A stretch of DNA of 63,350 bases, filler included, from Pelomyxa schiedti (lineage: Eukaryota > Protista > Evosea): the NCBI GenBank assembly GCA_020536535.1. It is 6 parts of 6 records of this genome, joined end to end, with 100 filler letters (N's around TTAATTAATTAA, not from the genome) between each part and the next. Parts side by side here need not be neighbours in the genome. Positions count along the whole stretch, not along the records: positions 37,448 to 58,529 come from JAHLWZ010001078.1; positions 58,630 to 59,770 come from JAHLWZ010002778.1; positions 59,871 to 62,087 come from JAHLWZ010002068.1; positions 62,188 to 63,350 come from JAHLWZ010002748.1; 2 more parts are not named here. One strand, 5' to 3'. The notes under the pieces are model-generated. The model was not told the DNA's origin. It was given only the letters and a program-made list of their open reading frames with translations, and did not search any database. Shown piece after piece: positions 53,928 to 63,350 of this stretch. The position numbers and the translations under genes are program-made. Position 1 is the first letter of the stretch; every line of letters begins with the position of its first letter.

Positions 53928-55936
53928 ATGGCGGTGGCCCTGTCTGCGGTCGTGACTGTCCTTGCATTCCGGTGTTTGGTGGGCGTGGATGGCATGGTGA
54001 GATCCAAGTCGTTCGACGATGTGGAGACCAACCCGTTTTTCCTTGAGAATACGGTAGTGGCAACGCGAGCACCGTCTGTTAAATTGAAACACAAACAAAC
54101 AACAAAAAAAGTTAACACTTATATGTACAGTATGGACTCATGGTGGGCGCTATGGTTACTGTTGATGTAAGTGGCAAGTACGAGGAGGGTGGGCTTGCAC
54201 AGCTCTCCGTTTTGTTGTGCACTCACAGTGAGACCGACGTTGTATGTTTTAATCACTTTCATGTTATAGTGACTGCAGTGCAAACCATTTATGACTTTCA
54301 GTGAGTGACAGATTCACATTTATAGGTATTAGAGCAGGTTAGCAATGCTCTCAACTACGAGGAGGCTTCTCAGCTCTGCCAAACTTGTCACTGTAATATT
54401 TCTTCGATGTCTCGCAATGGGAAAGTAGATATGTATGCACACATACCATTTAAGCCTTTTTTTTTATTTTTTATTTTTTATTTTTCAGTGATGTAATTGT
54501 GTACCACTTTGATGTATATAACTTGCTGGTACTGAATTGTGAGCCCTCAGATGAGTATTACATGAATGTAGGTTTCTTATCTTTCATCTCTATTTTTCTG
54601 CTCTTTATAAGATTTCACTTACAGGCTAGTTGGACATTACTCAATCCAGGCGCCGAACAACTACCATGTGGATATATGCCCAATCCCGACATGTACGTCA
54701 TCCTTAGCATGGTGTGGTTTTTTGCTGCCAGTCTTTGGTCATTTTCTTTGGCTCTAGGATTTAGAGTTTGTAACAAATATCTTTCTCTCTGAAATCACTT
54801 GAACTAAGAAAGCTACAACACTGCACTTGATAGTATTGTTATACGGCCTAGTAAAGCTAATTTGGGCATCCTTTAACATTCTTTACTGGAGAGCAATATC
54901 TAAAGATGGTGTGGTGGCATTTCCTTTGAAATTTGATATTTTCCCTTACAACTCTTTAAGGGGTAATTCCCCAGGCCAGTGAAATGGTTTACTTGGGTCT
55001 CCTAACTCTGTGCCAATCGTCATTCTTCCTAATGATAATTCTACTGGGAACTGGGTGGTGTGTTGTAACTGGAACCATTAGGAGAGACTTGCCGTGGGTT
55101 ATAGGTAAGTTTTGATCTCTCTCAACTCTTACTTTGGATATTCATCACTTTTCCTTTAGGTCTCACAGGAGGTGTTATTATCTGCATATTTTCACAAAGT
55201 TTCATCTCACAAAACATCATTGCTGTATGCAGTACGACTTGTATTTTTCTCCTTGACAGAATACAGATGGTAGTGAAATTTGCCTTTGTCGTATTTCGAG
55301 TATTTATCATCATGTATGCCTTTATTACCGTGAATCAACATATTCGAGATTTAAATGAGAGGTTGCCTGAGGCTCGAAATGCGGCACCTGGGACACAAAT
55401 ATATATAGATCAAGAAAGGAAGAGGATTTTCTTGTATGAAATTAATACAGAGCGTGTTTCTTACAGTTCATCGCAGATCACTTAAAGTGTTTATAGTTAT
55501 TTGGCTAATTCTAAGTTTGCTGGCAAGTAGAACTCTTTCTGCTATCATCCCTTACTTGCAGTTAGACGTATTTTGCCCTGATATTTTTCGTTCATGACTG
55601 GCACTGGGTTGAGCAATTGTTATCTGAGAGTCTGGACTTCATAATGTTCATTCTGATCAGGTTTGTTCTGGGTCGACTTTGAAGCGCACTAACCCTCAAC
55701 AGTGTGACTTACAGGGTACGTGATGTACCAATCTTCTGGGGTTGCCCAGTTGTCGATACAGATCAAATTCTGGAGGACACCACACGTTCTCCAGATGTGT
55801 TCCAGAACGAAGGTTTGGCTCGCCGCGTACAAGCTGTATGTGTTTCTTGCTTCGTACAACCATCAGTTAATTTCATGTTATTTCTAACATTCTGCAGTTG
55901 CTTTCCCGTGCTCCTAATGAGGCCCATCTACTCTGA
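53928..55936 (+). CDS. GOST-family (GPR107/TMEM87, lung seven-transmembrane-like) protein
   Basis: Signal peptide, YNLLVLNC, LLNPGAEQLPCG..P, LLGTGW and multiple hydrophobic exons. Confidence 0.65.
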
Positions 55937-56210
55937 GCCAAACATAAACTTGTGTAGAAATATTCATCCCCGCCATTCCCCCAGGCAAGCCACTAAGATC
56001 TCACCCGACGACAAACCACACCAATTTTGTGTAAAGGAAACCCACCAACAACCACAAAACAATACAAAGGAGAGAAATTTTGTGTTGCTACCAAGACACT
56101 ACTTTACATTAGTTCCCACCTTTGCTGGGAACCAATAAAGCAGAGCAAACAAGAAAAATGGCAGAGTTTTTCAAAACAAAAATTTAGTGTAACACATGAA
56201 GGTGTTGAGA

Positions 56211-58060
56211 TTAGAAGCCCAGGCATGCGTGGAACCACTCACAGAACATGTCAACGAGAGAGAATACCCACGCCCCAATGCCGATAACGCCGATAATGAT
56301 CACCCAGAGCGTCCAACTGTGGTATCCTGGTGAATGTGTTAGTTAGTGACTATCAGGTCGAGTTGTTCTAGTAGCGTCGGTACAAAACGCCGAGAGATAG
56401 GAACACGCACCGCTGAACATGGTTTTGTCAGAATCCTTCCCGTATTTCTTTGTGAGAGTCCAGCGTGACAAAACTTGGAACACACAGGGGATAATGAAGA
56501 CAAGGAAGAAGGAAAACATCCCAGTGAAAGCAAGTATGCTGTCAAGTTCACTTTCGTAAAGACTCAATAGAATAGGTGGTATTCCAGCAATCAATACACA
56601 GACCCACCTGACAAGGCGTGGCTTGGTTTTGCGCCATCTGACGGGTGCCCATTCCTCAAAATTGGATCCAAGAGTAATGGAGACCAGAGGAAAATTGTTT
56701 ATAAGGTTCAGAATGGGGAAGAACTGGATGATGATTTGAACTATGTATGCCCACCACAAGGTATCCCCAGCACCCCACCCACCAGCATGACCGGTGTAGC
56801 CTGGGTGTGAAGCGGTAGGGGTCCAATTTAACACAATTAAGGGCTCAGTGTAGGAATTGAAGAAAACAGAGCATATGACTCCAACTGCCATATAGAAAAA
56901 TAAAGCAACACACATGGCGCCCAAAACAATAGCACGAAGTCGAGACTTGTTCCTGACAGGGGCAATCGCATTTGGCAGACTAAGACAGGTAAGAGAGGGA
57001 CACTTAAAAATTAATATTTAACGTACTTGTAGTGCATGGTAAGTGCCACGGCGGTGGAACCGAACATGACAGAGAACCCAGACCACTTGAAACCTAAGAA
57101 ACTGTAGTCGATCCCACTGTTGCTCCCACTGCTCCCGTTGACTTGTAGTGGCCCACTTACAAATAGGGCAATAATTGTTGTTAGCATCATCGTTCCAAAC
57201 GCAGTGAAGCGGTACCTGAACAAATTAAACTACTTATCAATAGGACAGGTAACATACGCTGTTAAGAATAACTGTAAAAAGGCTTGCTTTGCAAGATCCA
57301 AGAGACAAATTGGAAGTGTTATAAGAGCGAATAATCCAACTGATGCATAGTAAGTATAGGTACAGACGTCAGACCTGTTGGGGTCATAAACCTGGAAACG
57401 GTCACCACTCAATAGAAGGAAAAAGAAAGCTACATCGCAACTCTCATCAGAAAACCAGTTAAAAAGTATGATAGATAGTGTAGAGGCAAAAGAAGCAGCA
57501 TAACCCCACAGGCAACCATATACATAGAGGGCCATGGCTATCTGACATAGGACTTTGCCAGGCATGCGTCCAAAAATGTAACAAAATCGTGTGTAATCAT
57601 ACCTGGCTTCAATTTCTTGGTATAAAACATAAAAATACACATTATATAGTTAAGTAAAGTTGAATGAAAGAACAGTTTCCTTACTTGTCGTATCTTGTGT
57701 CCTGTTAGCCTAGGGAAAAACAAGCAAGGAAACATACTCCAGAATATTTTTTGGATGTGTACTCAAACGCTGTGCTGTGTTGTATCCATGGGCACGGGAC
57801 ATAATCTCCAGCACCCAGAAAGCAGTAATAATGAGGAGTCCAGAGAACATCAACAAAGATATAGAAGCAAGAGAAACGCCACCAACATAGAAGGCATAAG
57901 GAAGACTGAAAACTCCCATGCCTTTTGTGCATGATATTGAAGTTACACCCACAGGTAGAGTAATGAAGGTTACGTTACCAATAATGTAATTAATCAAAAT
58001 AGCGGTCCCCGTCATAGTACCCACTGTCTTGTCCGGGATGGAGGCCCCTTCACCAGACAT
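56211..58060 (-). CDS. Amino-acid transporter, TMEM104/SLC38-like
   Basis: INYIIG.GVFSLPYAF..GG, YVYGCLWGYA, FPILNLINNFPLVSITL and many TM segments. Confidence 0.85.
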
Positions 58061-58629
58061 CAAATCAGCCCTACAAAACAAACGTAAATTCAACCAATAA
58101 GGGAGCCAAAACGCAAACGATGGAAAAAGGACCAACGACCCAACAATGATACAAAAAAACGTACGTGTACACGCCGGAAGATTGAAACAGCGCACTGTCG
58201 GGCGCATCTGGGGTTGCTGTATTGATAGAAACAAACTTCACGCTGTCGTCACCCATTGCGATCTCCGCTTTGCTTTTTTTTTTTTTTTTTTTTCCCTTCT
58301 TTCCGCTCGGTGTCGTTGATAAAAAACGCGGAAATTTTTTCTCGTTGCCATGTTTTTCTTAACTTCGCAGGACGAATTGACATGTGAGTACTTCCTGCGG
58401 TGCCCCATATTATTGGACGTTTCAGTCAAAAAACGGGCAAACCAATGAAAAACCAAATGAAATCAACACAACCATTTTTTTTCGCTCAAATGGATTCCTT
58501 TTTCCGCCTAATGGATGTCTTTTTCGGCTNNNNNNNNNNNNNNNNNNNNNNNNNNNNNNNNNNNNNNNNNNNNTTAATTAATTAANNNNNNNNNNNNNNN
58601 NNNNNNNNNNNNNNNNNNNNNNNNNNNNN

Positions 58630-58867
58630 CCAAGAGCAAATAGTGTCTTCGGTGCAGCTTGAAGTCAGTTCCACGTCCACGTAGATCACGTTGTTGCATG
58701 AAGTCGAGTCTGAGAGGGTGAGAGTGATGAGGTACAAATGCAGGAAAAAAGCAGAACAAATGACCGGATAAACTACCAGTCATTTCATAGTAGGTGACTT
58801 CTGTCCACACGGCCGAGGTTGTGCTGAGGAACGCACAGAAAAGGGATACCAGAAATGTGCACCTCAT
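58630..58867 (-). CDS. Putative secreted protein, 5' fragment
   Basis: Signal-peptide-like MRCTFLVSLFCAFLSTTSA followed by a GT-AG intron. Truncated by the contig end. Confidence 0.45.
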
Positions 58868-59525
58868 CCTTGTGTGATTGTTTTCGTTGTGGTTTTTTTG
58901 GAGCTTGTTCGTGGCTTTTTAAATCTGATAATTGCACATTTGCATTAGCTGAACGGGACAGATGAGATGTGAATGAATCTGACACGCGCAGTTTATCACT
59001 GTGAAAGAAACGCGTTTCAATTTCAATGTGCACAACCCTCTTGCGCGATTCCTAGAGAAGAGAACAGTCGCTCACAGTCACTTGTGGTTGGGAAGGCCGA
59101 CTCCCCAATTGCAGGACTGGACCGCTAATGTCGCTGCCATCGCCGACATGGACATGGTTATAATCGAGCCACAGCTCGACACAAACTGAAAAAAAAATTT
59201 TTTTTTGTTTAAAAAATTGTACGCTACACGACGCTCATCATAGCGACTTAAGCTTTTCCTTCACAAGACCAAATAACTCATACCGGGAACAGTTGGTTGC
59301 AGATGCGTACACCAGAGTGCAAATGTGAGGCCATCATTTCGTCAGGCATGAAGCCCCAAAAGCCATGGACAAAGCTAGAGCTGGCAGGAGTTCCTACACT
59401 TGGGAGGTTGGTGTTGAGAAAAAAACTATGGTTTGTCAGGCAAAGCATCAGCAAAACGTGACAGGATCCTCCATCACCAAGAGTCGATCTCATAACCAAT
59501 CAATAATTTGATTCGTTTTTTGGTG

Positions 59526-59770
59526 ATGACAAGTGGAGGGCGTGTGGTGTTCAGTTGCGTACAAAACGCACTACGCCTACGTAACGTCGTAACGTAACTC
59601 ACACCCGATGGTTGTGAATGCGTTTTGTTTGTTTGCTTGTTTGTTTTTTTCTCTCTCTCTCGCAGTTGGGAATATTCCGTATGACGTGAAGGAGGAGCAA
59701 CTGGTGGAGCACTTTGCGCGTGTGGGTCCTGTGGTGTCATTCAGGTTTCTCGTTTTGGCATCGTTTTGCT
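59526..59770 (+). CDS. CSTF2: Cleavage stimulation factor 64 kDa subunit (RRM), 5' fragment
   Basis: Spliced [31 protein letters not shown] matches the CstF-64/Rna15 RRM start. Confidence 0.85.
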
Positions 59771-59870
59771 NNNNNNNNNNNNNNNNNNNNNNNNNNNNNN
59801 NNNNNNNNNNNNNNTTAATTAATTAANNNNNNNNNNNNNNNNNNNNNNNNNNNNNNNNNNNNNNNNNNNN

Positions 59871-60860
59871 ATATATGCCGACAACAGGGTCTCCAGAGAT
59901 GTCAAAGACTGGGATATTGACCCAGTGAAGCAGAGTCCGAACCCCACTCGAGGGTGTCAGGAGTGACCAGAAGCTGTCTCTACACGTACCGTAAATCAGT
60001 AGTTCATCTTGATGGTTCCAGAACAGCGGCTCGTGTTCAGGAGCTACGTAGGTATTCCCCCAATCCCACCGCATGATCTCTGCTGCGCTAGTTGCGAGAG
60101 TTTGCTCGATAAGATGGTTCATCCAAATTGCTTTGCGGTTCTGGGCATGTACTTTGAGGATGTCATCAATAACAAGGGAAATACCTCATTTATGGCAACT
60201 ATATATAACTGAGGTTCCAGGGGTATACTTGCAGGACGTAGGGACTCTTTGACTTCTTCGGGGCTACATGGAGGGAAAGGGGGTTGGTTACCTTTCCCAT
60301 CCTGCATATTTACAATATATCTGCCAACAGGGATCCCCGTTGGACCATTGGGGTCCAATGAATGAGTGGTAGTTTGCGGTTGTTGGTGGGTTGGTTCGAC
60401 AGGCGGTGGAACGTAGTTAGGATACAGAATCAGGGTGTCACTCGTCCCAGTCTCCTCCAAGGAATTACACAAGATTTCAAGGTCGCGTTGAAAAAATTCG
60501 TCGATTTGATCCGAAGTGGCTGTTCCACTGCTGTTTCGGCTTTAAGCACTCGAAAAGGGAAAAACCAAACCTTGTTTCGCTGATGCCCTTGGCAGGTGGT
60601 ACTTGGGTTCGAAATTGGCGACTTTGATGACTCATTCCCTGATCTTGTCGTCACTTAGTCTCCAAAGGAAAGCCGGATGTGTATGTACCTGGTTCTTCCG
60701 CTTTCGTATCAGCCTGCGTATTGTCATCGCCAGCATCGCTGGGTGATTTGATTTCAACCGCGGAACCGCGAAGCGCAGCCGATCGATCGGAATCGGCATC
60801 GCTGATCGCTCGAATTTGATGGATTTGTTGATTTCTCGTAATGGAAGAGTACCCTTGCAT
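59871..60860 (-). CDS. PAS-domain protein, 5' part (cut by contig end)
   Basis: Spliced LYIVAINENRKAIWMNHLIEQTLATSAAEIMRWDWGNTYVAPEHE...LLTPSSGVRTLLHWVNIPVFDISGDPVVGI follows the PAS/PAC pattern. Confidence 0.6.
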
Positions 60861-61045
60861 TCCTTAACCTTCCTCTTGTCCTCTGTGGGCAGTGCGTACT
60901 GAGTGGATTACTTGTTTTTTTTAACAACGTTGTTTAACGTTTAAACGGCACGACAGCAACGAGTACCATCGAGAAAAAGTATCGGTGCCATAGGTCATGG
61001 GGAACTTAGTTTTTTCACTAACCCACACACAACTAAAAATAGGTC

Positions 61046-61454
61046 TCAATAAAAACACCGCCGATCCTGTTGGTTTTCCTCTTTGCATGTAGGGCATGCC
61101 CAGGTACGGGATTTTGTTGCAAATGCACGTCTAACCTCAGAGGGTAAATCCAGTGCACCAATGGCCCCACCGGCAGGGGTTAGCATGTGGGACCCTAACG
61201 CCACAAGTAGAGTGGACACACCCCGGCTGGGTTGCCAGTGCTCCGGGTGGTATGCTGTTGCACTCAGGCAAATTTTAGCTCCAACTTCAAACCGGCCACT
61301 GGGCTACAAGGTGATGATTTTAAAGGAAGAGAGAACAGAAACGCAGGACTTACAGTTAGCATGACAACAGAGGGAGGTGACATTGGATAGTTTGGTGGGA
61401 GGATAATTCTTCCTCAGCACCACTCAGAGTAAAGCGCCACCCAAAAATGTTATC
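61046..61454 (-). pseudogene. UBE2J1: UBE2J1/Ubc6-type ubiquitin-conjugating enzyme remnant
   Basis: DNIFGWRFTLSG / GRIILPPNYPMSPPSVVMLT (intron 61353-61304) PSGRFEVGAKICLSATAYHPEHWQPS...GAIGALD. It has a frameshifting deletion, no identifiable 5' exon and no TM tail. Absent from the ORF track. Confidence 0.85.
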
Positions 61455-61717
61455 CTGTACAAGCAATTAGTCCCTCTTGATAGAGGGACTTCCTCAGTTA
61501 TAATGCAACTGCGTAGTTTGGCTACCCGCGTGCTCTTGTTGCTTGTGTTGATTTTGATTTGGATTCATTTCGCTGGTCGTTGTCGCTGCGCGCGTCGGCA
61601 CCGCCGCCAGAGGCGTCGTAATAGCCACCGCTGCGGGTGTCGCGTTTTGCGTCGGCGTCGCCGTCACGTTCATTTTCTTCTTTCTTTTTGTCATTTTGTT
61701 TCCGGAAAACTTCGGTG

Positions 61718-62087
61718 ATGGACAACGCAGAGCCGAAGGCGGTAGACGATGAGTTGGAAGGGATGCCTCTATTTGCTACGCGGACGCCACAGCCCGGGGA
61801 GCCAATGAGCGACGCGATGATGGCTCTGCAGGACCTCCTCTACGGCGACGGTCAGTCCCCCTTCGAGGTGTTGTTTCTTTGATCTCATGCACACCCCCGT
61901 TTGCTTTGTGTGTGGTTTTTGTTTTCGGTTTGGCATCTGGTTTGTTGTGGGGCTGACATTGTTTTCCGGCGTAGGTTGCGTCCAACTTCAAGCGATCCGG
62001 TAATGATCAATTCGGGATGGGCCCCGCGCACTATGATGACGCCATTCAGTCGTACACCACCGGGATATCCACCATCGACACGGAGCT
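61718..62087 (+). CDS. TTC4: TTC4/Cns1-like TPR co-chaperone, 5' fragment
   Basis: PLFAT...ALQDLLYGD..PFE (intron) VASNFKRSGN...YDDAIQSYTTGI. Confidence 0.8.
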
Positions 62088-62187
62088 NNNNNNNNNNNNN
62101 NNNNNNNNNNNNNNNNNNNNNNNNNNNNNNNTTAATTAATTAANNNNNNNNNNNNNNNNNNNNNNNNNNNNNNNNNNNNNNNNNNNN

Positions 62188-62818
62188 ACAAGTTACAGAA
62201 AGAAATTTGGTACTGGTTTGGCGTAAGCATCATTTGTTGGGGAAAGACATCCACCAACAACATTGGCTCCATGTGCTACACAGTAGTCCCTTGCATTTTC
62301 TTGAAATGGCAGAGACCATAATAGTAAGTGCAAAGTAAAGAAACAAGTCGCATTAGCAGCTACGTATTTACTACCCATTTTTGGTTTTCATCCATTAAGT
62401 ATCCATCATTTTCTATTTAATACCCAAAACATAAATCTTTTTTAGATTATTTGTAACCCCTTTTGATTGTTATTAAACCCGTTTATTGATGAAACCGAAA
62501 AAACCAGGCAATACACGTGGCATGAATTTGTGCACAATATTGTGTATGTATATAGTATATTGTATGAGTAATATAATACAATATAATGTAATATGAGGGA
62601 CTACCAAGGCATCTCATGTGAGCGTAGTGAGGAGGGTTGAACGACCCACAAAACACCAAGTAAATGTGACGAGGCAGCCGCCGCCCGTCCGCCAGCTCCA
62701 CGTACTTGCCCACCCGGCCACCCCCTCCCCCTCCCATAGTCCCCGACGCTGCTGTCCCCGTAACCGGTGCCGATCCCGACGACGACGTCACTGATTCAAC
62801 CGTTGTTGTTGTGGCCAT
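62188..62818 (-). CDS. NMNAT: Nicotinamide/nicotinate mononucleotide adenylyltransferase, 5' part
   Basis: LVFCGSFNPPHYAHMRCL (intron) ENARDY...VVGGCLSPTNDAYAK. Confidence 0.85.
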
Positions 62819-63350
62819 TCAACCCAAGCCAAAGATTTCGTGTGATTGTGAAGGAAATCGCACTCTTGGTAGCCCCGGGATGTGTTGCCTTTGTGAATTC
62901 ACCAAGGTGGGGATAATTGCAATCTCCACCATTCTATTGGCGAAAAGATGTTGCCACAAGTAGACCGAAGAGTGTTTTGTGTGTCAAACATTCGGCTGAT
63001 TCCTGAAAATCTTTTTGATCAAAACCACCGAAATGCACAACAGCAACAGCCACGGCGGCGAGGATGACAACATCACGGACAGCCTGTCGTGGGCCACCTC
63101 GTGCGGCCTGTGCCTCGCCCCTCTCCCCCCTCCCCCTGCCGCCCCTTCGGCGACGCCAACCACCACAGCTACAGAGCCAATGGGTGCCACACACCCTGAA
63201 TCCAAAGTGTGCCCACGTTCCCCAATTTGTCTGTCTCTTTCGTTTCAATTGCAAAGAAGGAATAAATAAAATATAATAATAGAAATTTTTGCCGTTCGGT
63301 GGCCGGGCCGGGTGTGGCGTAACGGTGGATGGTGGGGCGACAGAACGTCG

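Noticed and set aside
59230-59510. Possible C/D snoRNA or U1-like motif (TTGCACT, CTGA boxes) upstream of CSTF2
   Set aside because: The boxes are degenerate, with no U1 5' end and no recognisable guide sequence.
59871-61490. Initially resembled a degenerate retroelement gag/LTR
   Set aside because: Better explained by a spliced PAS-domain gene and a UBE2J1 remnant. No RT, integrase or terminal repeats were seen.
62934-63350. Short GC-rich ORFs at the window end
   Set aside because: No recognisable domain or consistent exon chain.

Overview
This is intron-rich eukaryotic genomic DNA with short (mostly ~40-60 nt) GT-AG introns and the standard genetic code. It is probably an amoebozoan. The Dictyostelium-like snRNA upstream element and the style of the expanded orphan families suggest an archamoeba such as Pelomyxa, but this is inference. 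The window is not contiguous: five artificial 100-nt linkers (N44-TTAATTAATTAA-N44) join six contigs, and there is one 100-N scaffold gap. Recognisable content: dual-specificity phosphatase, tRNA-Gly, auxilin-like J protein, two TRIM-like genes, three Rab-like and two Arf GTPases, a C1-Josephin deubiquitinase, a bacterial-type ATP-grasp protein, a U2 snRNA variant, pseudokinase-Sel1, PepD, LCAT-family lipase, kelch-SAM, DBP2/DDX5, RhoGEF, GOST 7TM, a TMEM104-like transporter, CstF-64, a PAS protein, a UBE2J1 pseudogene, TTC4, NMNAT and several members of an intronless orphan family. The most unusual signals are: (1) a U2 snRNA gene with a DUSE-like upstream element but no stem IIb or Sm site; (2) a head-to-head pair of Rab1-like GTPases that both lost the switch-I Thr motif; (3) a long, self-complementary intron at the conserved DBP2 autoregulatory position; (4) an orphan family whose N-terminal motif is frame-disconnected at the same place in two members; (5) a C1-Josephin fusion and an LCAT with Cys in place of the catalytic Ser. 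Exon boundaries were read by eye and no database search was run.
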